Source: Myxococcales bacterium (GTDB lineage Bacteria > Myxococcota_A > Polyangia > Fen-1088). Taken from it: DNA of 64,000 bases. Numbering within the stretch: the first letter of the stretch is position 1; every line of letters starts with the position of its first letter. Location of the stretch: contig PMBS01000254.1 of NCBI GenBank assembly GCA_003153015.1, forward strand, positions 9,568 to 73,567, in the 5' to 3' direction. Below the pieces are notes generated by a model. It worked only from the letters and a program-made list of their open reading frames with translations, was not told the origin of the DNA and searched no databases. The position numbers and the translations under genes are program-made. Below, piece after piece: positions 39,761 through 48,336 of the stretch.

Positions 39761-40506
39761 GGCGAGACCCGAATCGCACCGTAGGTTGAAAGGGGAACCT
39801 GGTTTTCGGGACGGGTAAACCACCAGGCCGCCGCGCCGCCAGCAGCCAGCGCAACACCCACCGACGTCCAGAACCACCACCGGCGATATACCGGGCGCCG
39901 GGTTGGCTCGACCGGCGCGGCCGGCTCGGACGAGAGTGACAGGCCAACCGCCGGCGGGGGCGGCGGGGGCCGGGGAGTCAGCACGACCGGCGGTGGCTCA
40001 GCAGCTTCGGCCTGCAGATCCTCCAGCGGGGGCGGTGCCAGATCCCGCCCGGCTGGAGCCGGCGCGGTCATCAAGTTGTCCAGTTGCTTGTCTTGTTGTT
40101 TCTCTTGGCCGCCCCGATCCGCCGGTCGATTGAGCACGAACGAGGTGATGGTCTCGATCTCTGCCGCGGCTCGCTCGAGCTGCGTCCGGTATTTCGGCAT
40201 CGAACCGGCGGCACGAAGGAAGGAGCTGTATGACGCCAGAGCCTTCTCGGGCTTGCCGGCCAGACGATACGCCTGCCCCAGACTATAGAGGAGCATTGGA
40301 TCCTGGGTCAGGGTGTAGGCCTGCGAGAGATGCTCGATGGCTTCGTCGTACCGGCCCAGATTGAGCGCGACCATTCCCTTGGCGCGCTCGGCGCCAGCGA
40401 TCGAGCTTTCGCCCGATCCTTTGGCCAGTACCGACGGGCAGGGAAGCGCGAGCAGCAACGCCACGGCGAGCAGATGAAGCCGCAGCCACAGAGGACAGGA
40501 ACGCAT
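39757..40506 (-). CDS. TPR protein with Pro-rich linker and C-terminal membrane segment
   Basis: GRYDEAIEHLSQAY, LLYSLGQAYRLAG, PVYRRWWFW plus hydrophobic stretch; start uncertain. Confidence 0.8.
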   Translation of the reverse strand: MRSCPLWLRLHLLAVALLLALPCPSVLAKGSGESSIAGAERAKGMVALNLGRYDEAIEHLSQAYTLTQDPMLLYSLGQAYRLAGKPEKALASYSSFLRAAGSMPKYRTQLERAAAEIETITSFVLNRPADRGGQEKQQDKQLDNLMTAPAPAGRDLAPPPLEDLQAEAAEPPPVVLTPRPPPPPPAVGLSLSSEPAAPVEPTRRPVYRRWWFWTSVGVALAAGGAAAWWFTRPENQVPLSTYGAIRVSP

Positions 40507-40578
40507 GACGGGACACCTCCACAATGCAAGACGCAATATCGAATGGAGGAAGCGCCGGATCAAGCAAGGATCGCGTAT

Positions 40579-40642
40579 GTGACAGGAGTGTCACCCTTCC
40601 TTTGCAAAGAGTTAACAAATCGAGGTCATCGACGTCGATGAC
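40579..40642. promoter_or_regulatory. Inverted Pho-like half-sites and a second perfect 18-bp palindrome in a divergent promoter region
   Basis: GTGACA-GGAG-TGTCAC at 40579-40594; GTCATCGACGTCGATGAC at 40625-40642. Confidence 0.45.
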
Positions 40643-40708
40643 GCTAGCAACTGAAAGCTGCGACTTCCGTCGGTGCGTTCGCTCTGGGTTGTGCGGGGCA
40701 GCGAGGGA

Positions 40709-40758
40709 TTTCGCAAGAGCGTCAGTTATCCGTTGCGAATGGTTGGCAAAGCCCTCAC
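40709..40758 (+). promoter_or_regulatory. Five-unit degenerate Pho-box-like array
   Basis: TTTCGC 40709, CGTCAG 40720, CGTTGC 40731, GTTGGC 40742, CCTCAC 40753. Confidence 0.5.
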
Positions 40759-40870
40759 ACACATCCCGCTTGCAAGCTGCTATTCAGTGTGCCGCCGGAA
40801 TAGGGGAAGCGGCCAAGGGGGTGCGCGACCAAGCCGGCGCGGAAAACGAACGATTCAAGGAGGCAGCAAA

Positions 40871-42694
40871 ATGTCAACAGCATGGAATCGCATCATGAGG
40901 ATGCTCGGGGTGGCCATCCCGACATCGATCGCCGTCTTGGCGATGGCAAGCGGCGCCGCCTGGGCGCAGGAAACCTGCCCTAGCACCGCACTCGACCCGA
41001 ATACTGTGCCAATGGCGCCCGACCCGGGGTACATGGATCCAAACGTCGCTGCGGCCTGCAACGCCACATACGGTGCTGGTCACGGGTGCTTCCGCTTGGA
41101 CGGGTCGGACACTCTGACTGATGTCGTCCACAACGCGATCAACGCCTCGGGGGCGTGCATCAGCTATCACAACATCGGCTCGGGACAGGCCGAAACCAAC
41201 ATGCTAGCCGGGGCCGGTACTGGAAGCGGCACCGTCAACCAGGGAATCGGCCCGATGTCGCGGAATTTCAAGGTCAGCGTGGCCAACGACAATACTGCTT
41301 TGGGCGCCGTAGTTAACCCGACCTGGGTCGCATACGACCCGCAGGTGGTCGCGCTGGACGCTGGTGTCTTCACTTTCTACAAGCGGGTCGGTGGCGCTGT
41401 CAATCTTGACAATGTCAAAGGCTGGCCGGCCGCCTGCGCTAGCGCTTCCTATTGTCAGTCCGCCATAACCTCCGGCGTCGTCCCTCTGGCGGTCCTTATG
41501 AGTGGCAAGCCCACCTCCGGGGCCAAGAGCCTGGCGACCACGGCCGAGTGCGCGGATCCTTGCCGGGTTTGCCTGGTTGAGTGGCTCGGCAGTCAGAGCG
41601 TTGAGGGTGTACCCATCGAACACATCCTCCGCCGCGATGACAAGTCCGGTACGCAGGACACCTTCCGCGAGATGACCAATGTCGACCGCTGGTGCAACGG
41701 CAAGTCCGAGGGCAATATCAACCATGCCGGCAGCAACTTGCTCAACGAGGACCTGGATCCCATCCGGCGCGACTGCATGGCCGGGCCCACCGGCGCGTTG
41801 GCGGCGACCCGTTGCACCTACTACCCGACCGGCCAGAGCTGTCTGAGCGGAGATGCTAACATCCCGGCAAACGGATCGATCGTCATCAGAGGTGTCACTC
41901 TCGCGAACACGTACAGTGAAGCCCTCAAGTGTACCCAGGGGCTTGTCGTGGCGATTTCGGAGAACGATCCTCCTCCCGCGACTGACATCACCACGTCGAT
42001 TGGACTCCGGGTTGAGTTCGGGGCCGGCCTGGCGCAAGGCTCAATCATTGGGATGACAGGGCTAGCTGGCGATCTTAGTGGGTTGGGGGCCCATGCGGCG
42101 GGCGCCGCGATAAACGTTCCGGTCGCCATCGACGGCATCACCCCGACCAATCACGACAACATCTACTTCGGAACCTACAAGTTCTCGCGGCGTTTGTTCC
42201 TGCAGCGGAACCCCGGCTTCACCGATGCCAACCGAAGCGCGGGCGAGGCGGCGGGCCGAACGGCGGAAGAGACCAAGCTCTACAACTGGGCGCAAGGCCA
42301 TACCTGTCCCCTGGCGACGCTGGCCACCAACGCGGGATTCCTCGGGAAACTGCGTAGTGGCGGCTGCGGCGATGACTGCAGCACCGGTCAGAATCCAAGC
42401 ACGCTCAGCTGCTTGAAGGGTGATCCAGGAATCGGCACGCCCAAGCAGAACATCGGCGCGGAGACCGGGTCGAATCATGCCTGCAACGCGTCCTATCCGT
42501 GCGTCGCGAACGGTACAGTGGGCACCGGTACCCCGATCAGCTGCGGTGTCACGGGTAGCACCAGCTGCCCGAATATCCCGGTTCTGGCCAGCGGCGCCCC
42601 GGGCTCCGCTTGCAGCATGAACGAAAAATGCTCAGGCAGCAATTGCGCGATCGCTGCCGGCGAGGTGGGTGGCTGCTGCGGTTCGTGCCCATAA
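40871..42694 (+). CDS. Secreted, very Cys-rich PstS-like phosphate-binding protein with large insertions
   Basis: AAGGAGG RBS, signal AWA-Q; GSDT, IGSG, IGPMSR, RRDDKSGTQDTF and YKFSRRLFL correspond to PstS-family motifs. Confidence 0.72.
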   Translation: MSTAWNRIMRMLGVAIPTSIAVLAMASGAAWAQETCPSTALDPNTVPMAPDPGYMDPNVAAACNATYGAGHGCFRLDGSDTLTDVVHNAINASGACISYHNIGSGQAETNMLAGAGTGSGTVNQGIGPMSRNFKVSVANDNTALGAVVNPTWVAYDPQVVALDAGVFTFYKRVGGAVNLDNVKGWPAACASASYCQSAITSGVVPLAVLMSGKPTSGAKSLATTAECADPCRVCLVEWLGSQSVEGVPIEHILRRDDKSGTQDTFREMTNVDRWCNGKSEGNINHAGSNLLNEDLDPIRRDCMAGPTGALAATRCTYYPTGQSCLSGDANIPANGSIVIRGVTLANTYSEALKCTQGLVVAISENDPPPATDITTSIGLRVEFGAGLAQGSIIGMTGLAGDLSGLGAHAAGAAINVPVAIDGITPTNHDNIYFGTYKFSRRLFLQRNPGFTDANRSAGEAAGRTAEETKLYNWAQGHTCPLATLATNAGFLGKLRSGGCGDDCSTGQNPSTLSCLKGDPGIGTPKQNIGAETGSNHACNASYPCVANGTVGTGTPISCGVTGSTSCPNIPVLASGAPGSACSMNEKCSGSNCAIAAGEVGGCCGSCP

Positions 42695-42753
42695 CAGTAG
42701 ACGAACACCGCCTGATGTTGGGCACTTTGGAGGCGTGGCGAGTCGGGGTCGGG

Positions 42754-42784
42754 GCCTTGCCTCCCGCACAGCGGGAGGCAAGGC
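42754..42784. other. Perfect 14-bp stem-loop without a U-tract
   Basis: GCCTTGCCTCCCGC-ACA-GCGGGAGGCAAGGC. Confidence 0.7.
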
Positions 42785-42860
42785 GGTGTGGGGTGGGGAA
42801 CCCGGCACTGGCGCAGGATGCTGCGGGCGCAGTGCGAATAGCCAAGACTTAGCGTATTCA

Positions 42861-42921
42861 CCAATCAACGAATCAACCAACCAGTCAGTCAATCAACCAA
42901 CCAGTCAGTCAGTCAGTCAAC
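42861..42921 (+). repeat. Tetranucleotide-period repeat tract (AATC/AACC/AGTC) upstream of the 1172-aa gene
   Basis: 20-mer AATCAACCAACCAGTCAGTC twice (42871, 42891), followed by further AGTC units. Confidence 0.9.
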
Positions 42922-42948
42922 GAGAACAGAGAATCAAGGAGGATCCAA

Positions 42949-45900
42949 ATGGCTACTAAGCGAATGACATGGATGGCAGCCGCGCTCGGCGCGGTCGCCC
43001 TGAGTGGCATGGTGAGCTGTAACGGTAAGGGTGGTAAGGAAGCGGGCGCGGCGGCGGTCGGCGTGAGCGGCCAGGCATTGACCCTCGGCGACGTCAAGTC
43101 GGTCAGCGTTACCGTCACGGGCGGGATCGCCAACCCGCTGACTGTTCCCCTCGTCGGGAATTCGAACGTTCCCCCCACGCAATACTCCGCATTGATCAGC
43201 GACCTGCCCATCGGCTGCAACTACGTCTTCACCGCCACGGCCACGAACACCGCCGGCGCCACAATCTATCAGGGCGTCGCGAGCGGCCAGTGCATCACGA
43301 AGAACCAGACCGCGAACATCATCATCGACATGAACGACACGACGACGCACGTAACCGTGGATGACGAGGCCCCGTTCATCGACTCGATCACGGACACAGC
43401 CGCCTGTGTCGCGGTCGGCGACACCGTCACCATCAAGGCCACCGCCCACGATAGCGATCCCGGCGACACGGCTGGCATGACGTTCGTGTGGAGCGTTCCG
43501 AGCTGCGGTACCCTCAGCACGCCGGTCAACACGGTCGGCACCGACACCACCCCAGGCACTTCGACGGTTGTCTTCACGGCGGTCACCAACAACGTCAACT
43601 GCCAGGTCAACCTGGTGGTGAAGGACGCGCGGATGCCCACGACTTTGCAGACCACCGCGGTGGTCGCAATCTCGATCGGCGACGCTTGCGCGTACGGCAA
43701 TGCCAAGATCACGGCCATCCCGGACACCTGCCCGGCCATCACCGGCCTGACCTCCAGCGCATCGCCCTTGGTCACCGGTGTTCCCACGACCCTGACGGTG
43801 ACCGCCTCGGACTCGGATGGCGACGCCCTCAGCTATCACTGGACCTCTGACTGCAATCCCACCAACGGCCTCGGTCACTTCCTTGGCGCCAACCCTGCTT
43901 CTGCCACTGGAAATCCAGTGCAATTCGTCTACGACAGCGCCCTCAGCGGACCGGACTGCATCTTCACCGTGACCGTGGACGACGGCACGTGGACGAGCGG
44001 ACAGTTGCAAGGCCAAACCAAGTGCTCGGTCATCACCCACATGAGCCTGCCGGCACAGTCGACCGGGTACCATCAGGCGGACGCCTGCACGTTCGGCTAC
44101 GACTACATGTCGACGAATACCGTAGGCGATGGCGACCAGGTGACGATCGAGATCGCCGCCCCATGCTCGAACCCGGTTTGGTCGGCTGGAACGCCGATTC
44201 CGGCTGGGAACCTCACCGCGCCCTTCACCACTGGCGTCACCTTCATCGCCCCAACCGGCGCGGGTGCTAACGGCGCTACCGTGACCGTGACCTGCCCGGA
44301 CTGCGGGGGAGGCACGCTGCACACCTTCACCATGATCGGGGTGAACTCCTTCTGCACTCAACCTGGCGTCAGCGAAGGCGCGGACTGCACCTTGACGGCT
44401 CAGCTCAGCGACAAGTGCATCCTGACGGCTGCGTGCCACGCTGGGCAGTGCCAGCAGACGAGCTACCATGCTCCATGCGGGCCAAGCGGCGTCGCGTGCC
44501 AGGATTACGTGTGCCAGAAGACCACCGGTCAGTGCGCCAACCAGCCCTCGGCCGACGGCACTGATTGCACCGACGGCCTCGCCTGCGACGGAACCGCCGA
44601 CAAGTGCGCTGGCGGCGCCTGCCACCCGACGGGAACCCCGGTGTCCTGCCCCGCGACCGGCAATCCCTGCATGGTTAACGCCTGCACCGAGCCGAACGGC
44701 TCGTGCGTGGCCGCCGCCGCGCCTAGCGGCACGGCCTGCGACGACGGCAACGCCTGCACCGGCACGGTCGTAACCGCGCCGAGCGGGACCACCCCCGGGA
44801 CCTCTGCTGACTTCTGCAACGCCAACGGCGTGTGCGTCGGCTCGGGTGCGACTGTTGCCTGCCCGTCGGGCGACGTCTGCACGGCGGTTAGCGGCAGCGA
44901 CACCCAGTACACCTGCCCGGTCAAGGTCTGCATGGGCCCGGCCAACGCGGTCTCCGTCAGCACCCCTCTGATGTTCGGCATGGGCGTCGCTCCCGATGCT
45001 ACGCTTTGGACCACGGGCTCGTTCGCCAACTTCTCCACCAACCCGATCAACTTCGGCGCTGGCCCCGTCTATTCCTCTGGTGGCTCGGACGTCTACCTCA
45101 ACAAGGTGTCTGCGACCGGGCTGACTGCAAGCCAGACCTTCACCTTTGGCTACCAGGGCGGCGGCGACCAGGTCGGGACCGGTGTGGCGGTTGCCTCCAC
45201 CAACAACGTTGGCCTCATCGGGAACTACTACACCGAGGTCGACTTCGACCCGATCAGGTCTGGCGACCCAGCCTACAACGGCGGCGGCGGCCCGATTGAC
45301 AACTTCGACTTCCTTGCGAAGTCCTCGTTGGTCCAAGCCGCGGCCATGAACTTCGTCCTGGTCGCCAGTGGTGCGTCAACCATGCCGGAAATCACGCCCC
45401 TCAAGGCCCACAACATCGATGTGGGCACGGGCGCGATCGTGGCCGTCGCATCCAACCCCAGCCAGAACAAGATCGCGATCTGTGGCAAGAGCATGAGGCT
45501 TGTCGGCGCCTACAACGCGGCCACTACCAACACTGGATTGCTCACCGCTGGCAACTATGGCACGGGCGGCAGCGGCACCACCGCCGCCGTCGCCGGCGGC
45601 AGCATGGACATCGTGGTAGCCGTGATCGACGCGAGCAACGACCCGAACAACGTCGGCAAGGTCCTCTGGGGCAGGCAGTTTGGTGGCGCAGGCGACCAGG
45701 CCTGTGAGTCCGTGGCCATGGACAGCGCCGGCAACGTGGCCATTGCCGGTAACTACAATGGAGTCTTGAACTTCCACCCGACGAATACTGCTCTCCAACT
45801 CACCAAGTCTGGTGGGAGCACCAGCGGCGCTCTCGCGCTTCCGTTCGTGGCCGTTCTGGACCCCAACGGGACGCCAGTGCAGGCCATGGACTGGGGCACC

Positions 45901-46467
45901 AGTGGCGCGTCGGATGTCAATGGCATAGCGTTTGATAGCAGCGGCAATGTCGTCATCGGGGGAGCCCTCGGTGCCACCATCGCCATGCCCAAAGCCGACG
46001 CCACCTTGATCACGGTTACCGACCTGGGCAAGACCGACGGCTTCGTGGCCAAGCTGAACCCCAACCTGTCTGCGCAGTGGGCGATGTCGTTCGGCGACGC
46101 CAGCTACGCCCAGGCGGTCAAGTCGTTGGCCCTATCGTCGAGCGGCGACGTATTCATCGGTGGGAATTTCGAGGGCACGCTCAACGGGCTGAACGGCCTG
46201 GTTTCAAACGGCAATGCCACGCTCGACGCGTTCAGCGCCGAGCTCTCTGGAACTGACGGCTCGGTGCTGTGCGCGCAAGAGTATGGCGATACTCAAGGGA
46301 CGCAATCGGTCAACTTCGTCACCGTGGCGAATGCCGCGACCGGGTCCTTGGCCAACAACGTGGTGTACGGTGGCAGCTACTCGAACACGATCACCTTCGG
46401 GACGTTCACCCTCAACACGGGAAGCGCCGGTACGGGCTGGAACTTCCTCGCTCGCCTGATTCCGTAG
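42949..46467 (+). CDS. Large surface lipoprotein: N-terminal domain, Ig/PKD-like domains, Cys-rich repeats, beta-propeller-like domain
   Basis: AAGGAGG RBS, lipobox MVSC; TAHDSD, TASDSD; CDDGNACT; DVYLNKV/WGRQFGG/DGFVAKL blades. Confidence 0.85.
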   Translation: MATKRMTWMAAALGAVALSGMVSCNGKGGKEAGAAAVGVSGQALTLGDVKSVSVTVTGGIANPLTVPLVGNSNVPPTQYSALISDLPIGCNYVFTATATNTAGATIYQGVASGQCITKNQTANIIIDMNDTTTHVTVDDEAPFIDSITDTAACVAVGDTVTIKATAHDSDPGDTAGMTFVWSVPSCGTLSTPVNTVGTDTTPGTSTVVFTAVTNNVNCQVNLVVKDARMPTTLQTTAVVAISIGDACAYGNAKITAIPDTCPAITGLTSSASPLVTGVPTTLTVTASDSDGDALSYHWTSDCNPTNGLGHFLGANPASATGNPVQFVYDSALSGPDCIFTVTVDDGTWTSGQLQGQTKCSVITHMSLPAQSTGYHQADACTFGYDYMSTNTVGDGDQVTIEIAAPCSNPVWSAGTPIPAGNLTAPFTTGVTFIAPTGAGANGATVTVTCPDCGGGTLHTFTMIGVNSFCTQPGVSEGADCTLTAQLSDKCILTAACHAGQCQQTSYHAPCGPSGVACQDYVCQKTTGQCANQPSADGTDCTDGLACDGTADKCAGGACHPTGTPVSCPATGNPCMVNACTEPNGSCVAAAAPSGTACDDGNACTGTVVTAPSGTTPGTSADFCNANGVCVGSGATVACPSGDVCTAVSGSDTQYTCPVKVCMGPANAVSVSTPLMFGMGVAPDATLWTTGSFANFSTNPINFGAGPVYSSGGSDVYLNKVSATGLTASQTFTFGYQGGGDQVGTGVAVASTNNVGLIGNYYTEVDFDPIRSGDPAYNGGGGPIDNFDFLAKSSLVQAAAMNFVLVASGASTMPEITPLKAHNIDVGTGAIVAVASNPSQNKIAICGKSMRLVGAYNAATTNTGLLTAGNYGTGGSGTTAAVAGGSMDIVVAVIDASNDPNNVGKVLWGRQFGGAGDQACESVAMDSAGNVAIAGNYNGVLNFHPTNTALQLTKSGGSTSGALALPFVAVLDPNGTPVQAMDWGTSGASDVNGIAFDSSGNVVIGGALGATIAMPKADATLITVTDLGKTDGFVAKLNPNLSAQWAMSFGDASYAQAVKSLALSSSGDVFIGGNFEGTLNGLNGLVSNGNATLDAFSAELSGTDGSVLCAQEYGDTQGTQSVNFVTVANAATGSLANNVVYGGSYSNTITFGTFTLNTGSAGTGWNFLARLIP

Positions 46468-46508
46468 TGGGTAGATTGGAAGGTTAGCCGGGAAAGGCCG
46501 GCTGGTTG

Positions 46509-46539
46509 AAGGGGCGTCCAGAAATGGGCGCCCCTTTTT
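46509..46539 (+). terminator. Rho-independent terminator
   Basis: AAGGGGCGTCCA-GAAA-TGGGCGCCCC followed by TTTTT, 42 bp after the stop codon. Confidence 0.85.
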
Positions 46540-46635
46540 CTATATGCGGGCACAAGCGCAAGGACTCGGTGTCCAAAGAGGGGGGCGGCGAAACGCCGGG
46601 GCGCGTGGTCAGCAGGGACAGACCGGGACGACTCC

Positions 46636-46696
46636 TCGACGGAAAAGCGACTCGACAGGAATTGTCACGCAACGGAATAGTGACGGAAAAGCGACA
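46636..46696. promoter_or_regulatory. Pho-like half-site cluster heading cassette B
   Basis: TGTCACGCAACGG at 46663; GTGACG 46680 and GCGACA 46691; GACGGAAAAGCGAC repeated 44 bp apart. Confidence 0.5.
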
Positions 46697-46780
46697 AGAG
46701 CGCGCACATAACCATTTCTGTTGACCCCACGATTTGCCGATTGCTATAGGCACTCCATCCTCGAACCACGCGGAGGCCCG

Positions 46781-48046
46781 ATGAATCGCCCGAAAAGCTC
46801 TCGTATTGTCGGATTCTGCGTACTTGCCGCCCTGGCCGGCTCGTCTCGCTTGGCCCGGGCTCAGGGTGTTGACTGTCCGACTACGGCGGATACAGTCTAC
46901 ATGGCCGGCACGACCGCGGTCATCCCGGTCATCCGCCTCATGGGTGCAAGGCTGAAAAAGGTCGGCGTAACCCTGCTCTGGAACGAGAACAGCGAGGGTT
47001 GCGGCTCGGTCTACACGCTTACGAGGGCGACGAGTGCAGGTCAAAGGAGCGTGTTCACGCAGTACACCGAGGACCCCAATCAACCGGGCAAGGTCTATCC
47101 CACCAACTGCAACGGAGCTCTTGGCAAGATGCCGGATCTCGTGATCAACGACGTCGCGTGGACGAGTTGTGCGGCAGCGTACTCCGCCAATCCGTCGGCA
47201 CCTCCCCCTCCGCTACCAACGGGTTTCGCCGAGTTCCCGGGGCCGGTGCAGGGATTGGTGCCCATCGTCGCCATGGGCTTCATCCAATACAACGACATCA
47301 CGGTTGAGGAGCTGGCGGACCTGTACATCTGCCTTTCCAAGGGAAACATCCTGACTTTCACGTCCGACCAATTCATCTATGACTACAATTCCGTGACTAG
47401 TGGGATGCGCGAGTTGTTCGCCCGGGGGCTCGGGTTGCCCAATGCTTCTCCGTTGGTGACGGGCGCCGGCAGCACAATTAGCGCTGAGTCCATGGTGACG
47501 GGCTGCGTTTCGCCCGCGACCTCACCGGACCAAACCATCGGCTACACATCGACGGAGTACTACGACCAGTACCGCGATCGGGTGCGCGCGCTCAAGGTGC
47601 GCGGGGTGAATCAGAAACTCGCCTACTGGCCCGACTCGGACATGGCTGCGACCGACAAGCTCAACATCCGCGAGGGCCGCTATACCCTGCAAGGCCCGCT
47701 CCGATTGGTGGCTGCGGTGGACAGCAAAGGTGTGCCGACCCCCGAGGTGGCAAAACATGTCATCGATTGGTTCCAGGGAAATCCCGTGGATCCAGCCCTG
47801 CAGCTTCCCTTCGACATCAACGAGATCTACGCGCAACGAGGCGTGGTTCCCCAGTGCGCGATGAAGGTGAAAACAGAGGCGGACAAGCCGGTGTTCAGCC
47901 ACTATAGCCCGCTCCAGCCCTGTCATTGCAGCTTCCAGTTCTTGGCCACCGGCAAGACGAGTTGCGCGGCCTGCACGGGCACGGATGCATCGGCTTGCCC
48001 GGACAAGCAAGTGTGCAGCCACGGATACTGCGAGCCAGTCCAGTAG
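46781..48046 (+). CDS. Secreted Cys-rich PstS-like fold protein with altered binding motif (cassette B)
   Basis: Paralog of 24382-25665 (VYMAG, GPxQ, AYxPDS, NxRxGxY, VPQCAMKVK, GYCE); GGAGG RBS. Confidence 0.78.
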   Translation: MNRPKSSRIVGFCVLAALAGSSRLARAQGVDCPTTADTVYMAGTTAVIPVIRLMGARLKKVGVTLLWNENSEGCGSVYTLTRATSAGQRSVFTQYTEDPNQPGKVYPTNCNGALGKMPDLVINDVAWTSCAAAYSANPSAPPPPLPTGFAEFPGPVQGLVPIVAMGFIQYNDITVEELADLYICLSKGNILTFTSDQFIYDYNSVTSGMRELFARGLGLPNASPLVTGAGSTISAESMVTGCVSPATSPDQTIGYTSTEYYDQYRDRVRALKVRGVNQKLAYWPDSDMAATDKLNIREGRYTLQGPLRLVAAVDSKGVPTPEVAKHVIDWFQGNPVDPALQLPFDINEIYAQRGVVPQCAMKVKTEADKPVFSHYSPLQPCHCSFQFLATGKTSCAACTGTDASACPDKQVCSHGYCEPVQ

Positions 48047-48072
48047 GCATGCACGATCAAGAGGAGAAACAG

Positions 48073-48336
48073 ATGCGCGGACAACTGCTACGGGGCCTGT
48101 TCATGGGCCTCTTTCTGGCCGGGTGTGGTTCGGGAAACCCCGGACCCCAGGTGGATGGGCCACCACCACCACCACCACCGGACGCGCCGTCCGTGATTCT
48201 CGACAACCCTGACGCCGGTTGCGACGAGGACGCAGTGGGCGAGGACTACTTCATCAAGAATTGTACTCCGGGCGGAGGCGGGACACAGGTGTTGCGCCAG
48301 AATCCGGTTCCCTACCAGACCTGCAAGACGCTTTGA
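48073..48336 (+). CDS. Small lipoprotein with Pro-rich linker and Cys-containing tip (cassette B)
   Basis: GAGGAG RBS, lipobox LAGC; positional and C-terminal match to 23954-24385. Confidence 0.78.
   Translation: MRGQLLRGLFMGLFLAGCGSGNPGPQVDGPPPPPPPDAPSVILDNPDAGCDEDAVGEDYFIKNCTPGGGGTQVLRQNPVPYQTCKTL

Noticed and set aside
42861..42921. CRISPR array (also considered for 29626-29790 and 4845-4980)
   Set aside because: No repeat-unique spacer alternation and no cas genes; these are simple or in-frame coding repeats
42934..45336. 800-aa antisense ORF
   Set aside because: Shadow of the 1172-aa lipoprotein caused by strong codon bias; Arg/Gly/Val-rich with no motifs
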